From NCBI RefSeq assembly GCF_018350175.1, contig NC_058368.1, forward strand, positions 212,724,001-212,788,000: DNA of 64,000 nt. Direction: 5' to 3'. This document shows, in pieces, positions 27,060-38,861 of the stretch. Each line of letters opens with the position of its first letter. Position 1 is the stretch's first letter. Origin of the DNA: Felis catus. Taxonomy: Eukaryota. A program made the position numbers and the translations under genes. Under the pieces are notes generated by a model. It did not search any database. It saw only the letters and a program-made list of their open reading frames with translations, and was not told where the DNA came from.

Positions 27060-27245
27060 CATTGGTGGAATGGAAAAGGATTTGGCTTAGGAGTTAAGAA
27101 AGCTGGATTCTGGTATCAGCTCTACCACTCATTAGCTATATGACTTTGGGCATTCCATCTCTGTAGGTCTTGATGTCCTCATCTCTAAATGAAAGGTTTA
27201 GAATTAGATAATCTCTGAAATTATTTCAAGCCTTAAAATTCTGTA
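27060..27245 (+). mobile_element. MIR relic
   Basis: ctggattctggtatcagctctaccactcattagctatatgactttgggca. Confidence 0.65.
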
Positions 27246-27327
27246 CAAACTAGGAAATAAGTAAAAGCACTCAGATGTGTAGATTTCTTTGCCAAAACGG
27301 CACTAAAAACAGTATTTTTTTCTTAAA

Positions 27328-27732
27328 ATTTTTATTTTATGTATTTATCTTTAATATAATTTATTGTTAAGTTAGCTAACATACAGTAGATTCCCATGAT
27401 TCACCAGCACACCCACAGCCTTCCCACAGAACCAGTCTCCATGATGGATCATGTAGGGGTACCCATTGAGGGTGTAGACATGCTGGGTGAATTCCTGAAT
27501 TGGATGTTTGGAGAAGACGCAGAGGCCACTGCCAATGACGCACTCCTGAAGTAGTGTGCAGCAGGGTAGCTCATCCCAACAAGTGCCTTCCTCAATGCCC
27601 ATCATCCATTTTCCCTTCTGCCTTCCCCCAATCAACCCTCAGTTTGTTCTCTGTATTTAAGAGTCTTTTATAATTTGTCTCCCTCTCTGTTTGAAACTAC
27701 TTTTCCCCTTCCCTTCCCCCATAGTCTTCTTT
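27328..27732 (-). mobile_element. Short felid/carnivore L1 3' UTR with an internal SMPD2 cDNA insert
   Basis: taatttattgttaagttagctaacatacagtagattcccatgattca ... gctcatcccaacaagtgccttcctcaatgcccatc; T-rich tail. Confidence 0.9.
27402..27570 (-). pseudogene. SMPD2: Processed fragment of neutral sphingomyelinase 1 (SMPD2) mRNA
   Basis: Translates SYPAAHYFRS/(1-nt deletion)VIGSGLCVFSKHPIQEFTQHVYTLNGYPYMIHHGDWFCGKAVGVLV, matching mammalian SMPD2 as recalled (YPAAHHFRSGIIGSGLCVFSKHPIQELTQHIYTLNGYPYMIHHGDWFSGKAVGLLV). Confidence 0.92.
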
Positions 27733-28080
27733 TGACTATGGTATGGTGAAAAGAACTCTGGAGTCTCAGTGTCATTATTTTTCATAATTCTTTTCAAGTT
27801 TTTTTAGCTTCCATTCCTTTACCTGTAAAATCAGGAGTTTGCGCAAGAATGTATCTAAATACTCTTCTTTTCTAAGGTCTTATAATTCTATGTTTCTATG
27901 ACTACACAAAGTGTATTTCCCTAACATACTGTAAACAAATTTTCACATCTTTGAAAATCGACAACTATAAAATGGCAGTTGGAATTTGGGTGAGAGTGGT
28001 ATAAAACCCTTTCACCTTGATAAGAGCTTTCTACCTAGTAAATTTCATGAGGATAAAAACATTACTTCATTATTCATAAT

Positions 28081-28091
28081 ATGGATGGATG

Positions 28092-28135
<44 letters not shown>
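28081..28135. repeat. (GGAT)n(AGAT)n tetranucleotide microsatellite
   Basis: Seen directly. Confidence 0.97.
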
Positions 28136-29533
28136 TAAAAAAAGGAGATAGGGATTTTATAATAGGGGCACCAGAAAAAAGAAGGAGTAGCTAACATGAA
28201 TATGTGGTTTAATGTGATTACTAGTTTTAGGCCATAAGCCAGATTTCATCTTTGATAAAAAGTAATTCCAATGGATCCAATCTTTGTTTTATTTCTCACA
28301 TTTTCCAAATTTCACCCATTCCCTAGACTTGATCTACTAGAGCCAATATACAGCCAATATCTCTAAGGCTGATTGAAGGGCTTGTTTTTTACTAACTAAA
28401 CTGTCGATATTATCCTCATAAGATCCTCCTTCTTCATTAATATTAATAAGAGTTAATTCCTTAACTTTATTATAAAATATTAACTGAAGTAGGTTAAGAA
28501 TCACAAATGCTTAAAACCTATGATTTGAGTTTGTATTATTTTCCAAGAAGGCAAAAGTTCTTTGCTATACTATGATAGCAAAATAAGGGGGGTGGGAGGG
28601 AAGGGAGGCAAGGTAGTTTCTTATTTCTTGGGGTGAAAGCATTTGAATACAATTTCCTATCTTCAAGAAGATTGTCATGGGTAATTAAAAGGAAGACATA
28701 TGTAAAAGTACTTAGCACAGGGCCTGGAACATGGTAGCTGTTTGATAAATGTGATTCTCCTTCCTTCCTTTCTTCTACAAATGGACACCTAGATGATCCT
28801 CAAGATGATTCTGAATCCTGGAAGTTCTAAATCATTCCCACTCCATACTTTACTATGCTTCTGTGCTTTTAATAAAGGCTAGTGAACATCTCTATGCTTC
28901 ATATAGCCTCAGGCTGTTCATTTTATTTCTACTGGTGTCTAAACAGATAAAAGGCACAAGACATGCAGAGTCAAGATTCAGCATGCTTTACGGATTTTGC
29001 CTTACAGAAGGCTATTTTTAATTTGTGAGCTCTGAGAACACATTGTAAAAGGAAATGAGTACTGCTTGTTCAGTCTTCCTCAGTTTGGGACCTTTCCCAC
29101 CTCCTTCTAGGACAGTGGAGTTCTAAGACATGGGTGGAGATCAGCATCCTCTGTAGGGCATACCTACAAAATCTGTTGGACTCCCTGAGTTTGGGGCACA
29201 AACTTGCAGATTTAAAAGGCTTCTGTCATCCTCTTTGCCTCACATATAACAAAGATTATTGAATTCCATTTTCTCAGTCATTGATTTATGCCTTACATTT
29301 TTTCTTAATGATAACTAAAACTGTTCAAGAATGTACTCAGTCTATTCATATATGCTGATTAATGGTAATGATGTATTATATTTGTTTATGTGTACCTATC
29401 CTTTTTAGCACAAAGGATTAAGTTTTCTTTTAACAAAACATATGATAATTTATAAGATAGAAAACCAGGCCTAAAGAAGAAGGAGAATGTAAACGTGCCA
29501 GCCATGAGGGTCAGTGTGGTTTCTGTAACTGAC

Positions 29534-29569
29534 CTTCACATTTAATTATGAATCCCCTGACAGCCAGGG
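29534..29569 (-). pseudogene. Candidate 36-nt exon of the decayed gene
   Basis: Long polypyrimidine tract with ttacag acceptor; GAAG|gtcagt donor; phase 1-1, compatible with the donor at 32813; reads ALAVRGFIIKCE. Confidence 0.3.
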
Positions 29570-30624
29570 CTGTAATGTACATCAGAGAGGAAGAAGTATA
29601 CCAGTGTACAGAAAAGAGAAAAAACTTTTTTTAGCACTAAATTATAAATAGAATGATACACAGAGATTTACTTTAGAGATATGGAGGTATTTATGGACAA
29701 ACTTCTTAATATATTTATACCAAATTAAGTGGGGTTCAAATGGCAATTTTTGATGGTAACTTTCAATAAAATACTCATGGCATAGGATTAAAGAACAACT
29801 TGGAAGATGAATATGTGATATTATTAAAGTTTGAGACCAATTCTGAAAGTGCCTGGAAATGCAGTTGATCCAGGGGAAGAGTATAGAAGGCTTAGAGAAG
29901 GAACAAACTGTCTCTTATATAACCTAACTAGAACGCTACATCTCACAACTCCACTCCTAAAAGAAGGCATAAGAGATTATACTCTTACCTTAAACTAATG
30001 TAACACTGTGCCTATTTACTCAAATAAGAGAAATTTTAAATGAGAGATATTATACTCTCAGAATAAGACCTAAAAGACTGGGTTTCTACACTGTTTGAAT
30101 CCTTAAGCTTGGAAAATCAGAGAAGCAAACACCATGGTGTTAGGTGCCGAATTCGTGCTCCAGCCTGAATTAAAGATCACCCCACCTCCATAGGATTTGA
30201 CTGCATATGTCTATGGGAGCATTAGATTAAGAATCCTTACAATAATCTGACTTCACTTAGCCAAACTAGAATATGCTCTTTTAATATAGAGGTATAAAGT
30301 CTTTTTATCAATCTGGGTTTTCCATATATCTTCCCATTTAAAACCTCTGTGTCATTTCAGCAGGGGGGTTTCCTGATCCCCTATACTAAGGTGGACCTCT
30401 CCAGTGTGTGTCTCCCAGCTTACTAATTATACTTACTACTCATTATACTAGTTATAATTAGTCATTTAATGTTTCTCCTCTCCTTCAGAAAGGAAGAGCA
30501 TAGGAAATAAATTTGTCTCTTTCATTACTGATATTCTTTGTGTCTAGAATATAGTGTCTGATTTATTATCAATCTTCAAATCCCATTTGTTAAATTATTG
30601 AATGCATTTTGCTATTTTTCAATA

Positions 30625-30808
30625 TTTCTTTATAACTTTATTTGTTTGTTTCATAGCTTTTGATAAATTATCATTCTACTTTATAACTTTATTTGTTTAT
30701 TTCATATTTCTTTATAACTTTATTTCTTTATATTTCTTTATAACTTTATATTTCTTTATAACTTTATTTGTTTGTTTCATAGCTTTTGATAAATTATCAT
30801 TCTACTTA
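30625..30808. repeat. AT-rich local tandem duplication
   Basis: The ~57-bp unit tttctttataactttatttgtttgtttcatagcttttgataaattatcattctactt occurs twice, separated by shorter tttctttataacttta units. Confidence 0.9.
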
Positions 30809-30839
30809 TCAGGAGTAAACTCATGTAGTGTGTATGTTG

Positions 30840-31035
30840 GATGTAACAGGTATGACATCATTTATTCCTTAAAATCCCCCTATGAGAAAAACATGATTAT
30901 TATCTTCATTTCACTAATGAGAGAACTGAGGCACCAGGAGGGAAAATACTTCCAAGAGTTGTACGTTAGTAAGTGGTAGAACTAGGATTCACTCTCAGGC
31001 AGTCTGGCTCCACATTCCACAATCTTTACCACATA
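30840..31035 (-). mobile_element. MIR relic
   Basis: atgagagaactgaggcacc...gtaagtggtagaactaggattcactctcaggcagtctggctcc. Confidence 0.75.
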
Positions 31036-31401
31036 ATATGGGACCTATGACTAAATTACCTTTAGGGTTTTAATAATTTCACCCTCTCACAGAGTACCCA
31101 ACTCACTGCATTCTTAACTTTTATTATTAGTAACTCATTATTTTAATCTGCTTTTCTCTGATTTAAAATGTTGAGATTTAATATTGTTTCATTGTTTATT
31201 AGCTCCTTGTATTTCTTTAGGAAATTAGTACATGTATTTTTAATTGATGGAGATAAAGGGGAAAAAAAAGGAAAAAAAGAGGAAAAAGTCTACTTTTCAG
31301 GGTAGACCAACAGGGCTAACCAACTAACTAACTAAAGTAACCAAAGTGTTGCTTGTAGGGACTAGAAGGCATGGGGGAAGGTACCAACAATGTCTCTATT
31401 T

Positions 31402-31503
31402 TTAGGGTGGTCATGAATTTATCCTGGAAGCCAGTGCTCTTCAGAGAGGAAAGGGAGCACTGTACTAGTAACATCAGGCAAACTGGAATATAGAGTCACC
31501 TTA
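31402..31503. mobile_element. MER81-like hAT (Blackjack) MITE
   Basis: tagggtggtcat...agtcacctta terminal inverted ends; internal gagaggaaagggagcact. Confidence 0.55.
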
Positions 31504-31599
31504 CCTATTTCTTACCTGAGCATCAGGCTGGCTCTAGTTCTGAGAACTAGTGGCTGCTACCGGTTACCACTAATAGTTTTATCCAGCATATCATGTGGG

Positions 31600-32299
31600 C
31601 CATGTTCATTTTTCTAACATTTCAGCATTGCACAACTATTTGTACTGTCCTCTTCAATGTATTCTCTTGGAAGACTACAGCTTATCCCAATGATGCTGCA
31701 ATTGTTCAAAATATATCTTGTAATCCTATTTGGCATCACCTTGTGAACCATTTATTGGCTTCTTTAAAAAATCCATCTGAATACATCTTATTAACATTTT
31801 TTATTCCATTTAGTCAGCTCTTTGCATATAGAGACACTTAATAAATATGAGAAGAATTCAATGAGATGGAATTAGATTCCAAAACTCCAAATGACCCTTA
31901 GAGAATGAAGATTCATTACCACTGGGTCTATTCAATAGGCCACAACTCAGAAAAAAAGACTAGAAAGTGATATATGTTAACCATGCTTATCTTTAGGTTT
32001 TAGAATTATAAAGTAAAAGTTCAGAAAACAGTAAAGAACAAAACAAAATCAGGCTTTCAATATGAATATGTATTACTTTTAAATTAAAAGAATTTTCATT
32101 TTATTTTGTTTTTATATACCATGCTTCACGTAATTCCAAAGGAGAATTTTTCAAATATGTTACATAATATTACCATTTGGGGAATATGTGTACAACTTTC
32201 AGAAGTGATTACTTTGAAAGGGACAACACACATTTATATGAGTACATTCTGTAATGTTTGTTTAAAAAAATAATCCACTACTTTGTAATCATGCTTCTA
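31600..32299. mobile_element. MARNA-like mariner-derived element with two inverted arms (31600-31750 and 32121-32299)
   Basis: The arms are degenerate reverse complements of each other (tgtcctcttcaatgtattctc... vs gtgattactttgaaagggacaaca). Confidence 0.65.
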
Positions 32300-32812
32300 T
32301 TTTAGATATTTTCATGAATATGTCATGACATGGATCATATGAGGGACAGGATTTTAAAAATAAGAGAAATAAACATTCAAGAAATAAGTAGATGACACTG
32401 AGGGTCAGGGCACATAGCCAGCTGCCTGGGGAGTAGTCTCTAAAGCTACACTCTTCTCTAGTACTGTGAAATAGAGCAGCAATAGTGGTTCATCCAGAAG
32501 TTATGCCTAGTGATAAGCAATGTGGACATTTGCCTACCCAGATATTTAGAGACTGAGAATAAGCTTTATCATTCCAGTCTTATGGAACGAAACCGTAGTA
32601 TAAAAGTTTCAACAATTTGTCTGCATTGGTAGTGTAATGAGGGACTGTTGAGCTTTCAGACTGGAACATTGAGAGGGCATACACAGACAACCCATACCAA
32701 TATACATACATTTCTGTCAACTGTAGAACCAACTAGAACTGCCGTGCCCTCAACACAAACTGCCCCATAAACCAAGAGCTAATTAAACACAAACAGGGTT
32801 GTTATCACTCAC

Positions 32813-33145
32813 CAATAGATGGAGTGGTGTATGGAAGGGTGTTCTGAGCAAGAGTGTCCATGTCAATAGTGAGGCTTTCTATGAAGAGCTATCTGAAACT
32901 TGTTGATGGGCAATGGGAAAGAGAAGAGGGAGAGGACACTGTGGCTGGTGGCTGAGAACTCAAGGCCACACCCTAAGGCAGCAGGAATATATGTTGAAGG
33001 AGGTCATTGTACCAGCTCCTTTTGAGCCACGGCCATGTTCGGAGCAGATGTTCCTATGTGACTGCTGCATTCTCTGTGGGTGAATATTAGGCTGGGATAT
33101 GAAGAAGGTGGGGACGGTGGAAAGCCAAAACTGGTTCCCCTCTCC
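32813..33145 (-). pseudogene. Candidate first coding exon of the decayed gene (signal peptide and LRRNT-like remnant)
   Basis: Acceptor cttctcctttccacag; donor ATTG|gtgagt; ATG at 33007. With one frameshift reads MTSFNIFLLP*GVALSSQPPATVSSPSSLSHCPSTSFR*LFIESLTIDMDTLAQNTLPYTTPSI. Confidence 0.45.
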
Positions 33146-34875
33146 CTGTGGAAAGGAGAAGTGTGTGCCCGGTGTAAAAAGAAAACATTATAAAGTGCCT
33201 GTTTATGTGCTAAAGTAATTTCTAATTACTGGAGGCTGGGAACGTGGTCTGGTGTGGTTAAAGGAGGGCGCTCAACACCAGGACAGTGACCATTCTGTTC
33301 TCTCTGCCCTTAGCCTCCTCATGTGACTGGCTGCAAGTCACCTACCTCCTTCCTCCCCAGAACTCCCAGCTAGATGATTTGGGTAACGTTTCCCATTCAG
33401 TCAACACTTGGCATCTGGCATTCTCAAGCCCTTTAAAAATTTAGACTAATTAATAGTATCCCTTTGAGACTGGAAGTTACTATTATGAACATGATGATAC
33501 TTCTAGTTGACAGTGATTGGAGACACACAGAGTTTAAATGATTTCCCTCCAGGGGTTAGAATCCCTAAGTGTGGGTAAGAGCTAATCTTGGGCTATCACC
33601 ACTCAACCCCACACCCTGGCAGACCACACCAGGGAACTCACAGGGTGCTTTGAGGATTAATGAGTTATTTATTCAACCTTTCAGGCAACTCAGATTATGT
33701 GCTAAAGAAATACAAAGCAATTCTAATACAGATGGGGGCTTTATTTTCATAAAACCACACTAATATTGCTGAACCCTTAGCTCAGTGGGCAGAGCTCCTT
33801 CCTGGTCATCTCCTCTCCTCTAGAGACTGTCACAGGACAGACTGTTAAAACTAGATTGAATTATTACTCCTTCATTTTAGTTGTAATTTTTTCTCTTCAA
33901 AAAATCACAACATACTCCTTGAAAAAAAAAGCTTTAGTAATCAAAAATTACACAGATAGAATAATACTTCCTCAACCTTTGTCCTATACCCATCCCTAAC
34001 AACCCCAATCAAATTTCCCAGTGCTAAACACTGCCCACTTTCTTCTCTGTCCTCCCAAGCAATCACAGACAGCATTAGTAATAATATTTCGGAGGCTGTG
34101 TAGTCTGATTGCCAACTCCATGATTTCCTAGCTATACAATCTTGGTCAAGTTCATTCACCTCTCTTGAGCTTCAGTTTGCTCATTTGCAAAATGAAAATA
34201 ATTATAATGTTTCTTTCACAAACATTTCTTTCATGTTTCTTTCATTTAATCTAATTTAAATATTAAATAAGATTCCTATTCTGTACAGTTAAATAAATAT
34301 AAACTATAGTTTTTAGGAATATATACAGTAGTTTATTTTACAGAATAGGGTCATTTCAAGTGATCCTATTTTGAATTTTGCAAAGTGACTTTTCACCCAA
34401 CCATCTGCCATCACCAAAGGATTTCCCCCCTGTTAGTTTTTAAAGATGGGGTAATGTTCAGAATACTAACAGTCTGGCCCAGACATTGAGCAGTCAGGAA
34501 GAAGATACTGAACAATCAGAGGAGATGCCAGGCAAAAACAGCAGGTGGATACCAACTAAAATATCAGCAATATCTAGGGAGCAAACGTATTCTTTTCTGC
34601 TTAAATCATCCCTTTAGTTTCTGTAGAATGTTTCATCATTTTTAATAGTGCTTCAAAAAGCATGTTTGTGTATTTTTTCATTGATTTCTTGCTTACTTGC
34701 TATGTGTCAAGGCCCATGCTCTATATGACTTCTATACTTTGAAATGATTAAGGATTACTTTGCGCACATTATATAGCCAGAGTTCCATGTGTGTTTTGAA
34801 AGGTTGCATATTCTGCAGTTGTGGATGCATGTTTTTTATATAGCCATAAAGCAATTTTTAAAAATGTGTTATTCA

Positions 34876-35090
34876 TGGGCTCCTGTGTGGCTCAGTTGGT
34901 TAAGCATCTGACTCTTGATTTCAGCTCAGGTCATGATTTCATGGTTCATGAGTTTGAGCCCCATGTTGGGCTCCACACTGAGCATGGAGCCTGCTTGAGA
35001 TTTTCTCTCCCTCCGCCTCTGCCCCTCCCCCTTCCCTGCTCTCTTATGCATGCACTCTCTTTCTCTCTCCCAACAAATAAAACATTTTTT
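34876..35090 (+). mobile_element. CanSINE (first of a tandem pair)
   Basis: tRNA head gtggctcagttggttaagcatctgact; CT-rich tail. Confidence 0.93.
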
Positions 35091-35104
35091 TAATGTGTTG
35101 TTCA

Positions 35105-35338
35105 GGGGTGCCTGGGTGGCTCAATCAGTTAAGCATCTGACTTCAACTCAGGTCATGATATTACAGTTCAGAGTTCAAGCCCCACATTGGGCTGTGTGCT
35201 GACAGCTCAGAACCTGCAGCCTACTTTAGATTCTGTGTCTCCCTCTCTCTCTCTCTGCCCCTCCCCTCCCCCTCTCTCTGTCTCTCTCTCTCTCTGTCTC
35301 TCTCAAATAAACATTTAAAAATATATTTTTTTTAAAAA
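35105..35338 (+). mobile_element. CanSINE (second of a tandem pair)
   Basis: ggggtgcctgggtggctcaatcagttaagc; (CT)n; AT tail. Confidence 0.95.
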
Positions 35339-37394
35339 AATGTGTTGTTCAAGTCTCTGTTACTCCACTGAGTTTTTTTGCTTCTTCTATCAATCATGAA
35401 GAGCAGTATATTAGAATTTTCCACTATGATTATTGATTCTTCTATCTCTCCTTGTTTGTTTTGTCAGTTTTGGTGGAGGCTAGACTAAATGGTAATTTAC
35501 AATTACCTTTACAGGTAATTCAAAATCTACTACTACCTCCTCATAAATTAACTGGTTTAGTTTTGTCTACACTGTGGCCCATAAATTAATGATAGTAACA
35601 ATGGTTATTTTAGATGTCACATGGTTGAACTTCAAAAACAAATTCTAATAAACTGTTCACTATTTAATGTGGATTAGGAAAAAAATAGAAAACTAACACA
35701 TCAAACTCAATATTTCATGGATTAATTACTTAAAATGAAACCAGACTTAAGTTTTTAAGGAGTCGGCTTAAAGAAAAATATTTCTTGTGTAAGGTTACAG
35801 ATTACACTAGAATATGACAAATATCTTGAAGCTAGTTCACAAATGATTGAGGTTTGAAAGACCTTGAACTAGATAATAAATTAATGAAAAACCTGTTAAC
35901 ACAACAAAAGACATGTTTTTAAATTGGTGAACTGCTCTGCATATTGTGCGCACACAGTGAATATAGTGATGCCTCCTTGTACTAAGGTCTGAGACTAATG
36001 CCAGCATTGTAAACTAATTACAATTTTAAAGATTTTGACTTATTTATACCCAACTTTTATGCAGAAACTATTTCAAGTATTATCTAGGTATAAATAATTG
36101 TGCTTTTTCAAGAGATGATATTTACCTTGAATATATTTACATGTTAAAAAGTCTTGCTTTACTTATTTAATTGTTTGGAGGACACCACCAAGTTTAGATT
36201 GTTGATTTTAGGTTGACTTGTGCCCTTTACTTCTGGCTGTTGGGCTGTTTCACCAGCTTTTGGTGGACCAAAAAAGTAAAGGGGTTAGTTGAAGTTCTGA
36301 TTTTCCATCATTTGTGGATGTTAATTTGCCCTTCCTAAGGCCACTGACACAAGTAATAAATACAACATTGTCAATAGTCCAATAATTTAAACTGAAGAAA
36401 CTTTGGCTACAATTCTCTAATAGTAGCATAGCTTATGTCTTTATAGTCTTTAAAGGCTACAAAGCACTTTCACAGACACTGATTAAATTAATCTTCACCA
36501 AAAAATAAATAAAAATAAAAATAATCTTCACCCAACCTTGTGAAGTAGGTAGAGTGTTGTTATACAAAGTGTGAGGGTGCCCTTGGGAAGTTTGAACCTA
36601 AAGAACTAGCTTCTTCTGAGGCTAGAGAACTGTCTTTTAGGACATTTAAAGCAGCCAGTGCATTTCAAGAGAAAATGGATTTTATCTTTAGGGTAAGTTC
36701 TCCTTTTGTTCCAGGAGACATTGTTGTTGTCAAGCAGTTATAAGGCAGTACCTCATAGGCAATGCTTAGAAAACCTGTTAGATTGAAATGTTAAGAATTT
36801 GGTTTCCTAATGTAAAATTAGTCTATTAACAAGAGCATGACACCAAAGATTTGGACAATTTTTAAAATTTGTTTTAAGTTCCCTTTTGCTGGAAAATACT
36901 TTTTGTTCTTGGTAAATGTGTCTATATCCTTGCCTAAACACTGACTGGCTCATAGAAAAGGGTCAGTTGGCTGATGGTCAAGAGGAACAAGCAAGATTGA
37001 CCTTCTCTTTCACATCATCTAAACAACAGATTGAGAAATGCATCAGACCTGACTGTGAAGTACACCAGCGAAATCAGTGATTTCTCAAACCTGGTGTCAT
37101 AAAGGGCTTTAATACTGTATGCTTCAGGCTTTGACACATATACTATGAATCACTGTGATTGCCATGTCCATGACAAGTGGTCCAGGCCACATCTTGGAGG
37201 TAGGGATTAGCATTTCCTTGAAGGAAATGGATCTTCCTATCATGATGCATCCTGGGAAAGAAAATAGAGGCTATGGTGATGATTCTCCAATATGCCCACT
37301 GATAAGAGTTGAACTGGATTCACATCTCATGGAAGCTTGGCAGGAGTTATGCAGTAATCAGTTTGGGTGTGGGAACTGCTAGGAGCGGTTATAA

Positions 37395-37609
37395 GCAAAG
37401 GTGAATTCACCATGAAGAGAAAGAAGCTTAATCATCAGGGTTTTTCACTTTGCAGGGCCTCTTCAGAGGTCTTAAGAGGAGCCCTGGCAATGTGTATACA
37501 TGCTCATAGGTTTTCAAACTTGCAAAGCAAAATATTTTTGTATTATTTTTCTTATAGGAAACCCCAAAATTATATCAATTTCATTCCCCACAGAATCTGA
37601 GTCTGTCCT
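37395..37609 (+). mobile_element. hAT-Tip100 (Arthur1/MER69-like) non-autonomous DNA transposon
   Basis: gaattcaccatgaagagaaagaagcttaatcatcaggg...gccctggcaatgtgtatacatgctcatagg...ccccacagaatctgagtctgtcctg. Confidence 0.6.
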
Positions 37610-38861
37610 GATTCTAAGATAATCTGTGTTGAACTTCTGTTATCTGCAAGCCTTCAGTAAAGTTCTGTTAAATATTGCAGCCTTGTCTTGACTATTCTTT
37701 GAAGGAATTAAAGAGTACTGGGTCTATACTTGGGGCGAAATTGTGCAGGGTTGTGGCAATATCCTGGAGAAGTCAGTTATGAGGTGTGGTAGTTGACCAG
37801 CAGAAAGTGGAAGAGTGGTCTAAGGAATGACTGTGGGCCAGTGCAGGAGTGTACCTAAGACCAAACATGCTTACCACCACTCCCACCTTTTTAGAGGGAA
37901 AGAAGCCTTGAAAGAAAACTTAATCCTACTATTTATGTACATAGGGGCTATTGGAGTTATATTCATTTTAGAGAGTAAGAAACTACAGAGAACAAATGAA
38001 ACAAATGACTTAAAACTGTGAAGCTAGTGTGTGGAATTAACAGGAATGGAGCCCAAGCCTTTTGATTTCATGGTCAGTTTCCACCATCCTGAAAGTGGTA
38101 CCTTGAGGTTCAGAGGTTCCCATCTAGGAAAACTGAACAAAAAGGAAAAGGCAACTTTAAGCTAAATTTGGTTGCTTTTGTAGTGAGTCCCTTACCTGTT
38201 TGTATGAACAGCTTGATAACATCCAGGATTCTTGTTTGAGTAGGAGTTTCAAAGCTCTGTTAGTGTGTATCCACTGTCTGATTCCATTTTTAAGAAATCC
38301 AAAAGCAGGCAAAACTAATCTGTAGTGATAGCAATCAGAAAGTGGTTGAGGAGGAGGTCAAGGGCATTGATTGATGGGAAAGAGGGCAGGAGGGAACTTT
38401 CTTGTTCCATCTATGTCTTATTACAGTCATCAAAACTCATAAAATTGAATACCTAATAATTGTGTATGTCATTGTACATTAGTTAAACCTCAATAAATAT
38501 ATAAAATAAATAAGACTAACCAAAACACCCATAAAACGAAAAATTAAATTAAAACTCTGTTACTCCTCAGAGACATGAGTAAGGTTTCTCAAGGCTTAGG
38601 GAGGTAAGATTCTCTGTTCTTCCTGTTGCAAGGGAAAATGTTTCCCCACATAGCAACATGTCACATATCTCCTTTTTATCTTTCACTGTCACTGGAGAAC
38701 AATGTCATTGGCAGACACAGTATGATTATCAGGCAAACAATAATATTATTACTGGAAAAATTGGCAAGTTGTTTTCCGCAAAATCCCTTCCCAATCATAG
38801 AGTCGCATTTCCTTTCCTCCTATTCTCTGATACTCCAATCTCTCTGCTGCAGGTTGTGGGG

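Noticed and set aside
27372..27635. 87-aa ORF as a functional L1-SMPD2 fusion gene
   Set aside because: No promoter or splice context, a 1-nt deletion in the SMPD2 part, and only a small piece of the enzyme; kept as a retro-fragment only
30602..30979. 125-aa Phe-rich ORF that looks like a membrane protein
   Set aside because: Produced by an AT-rich tandem duplication running into a MIR; no real coding signal
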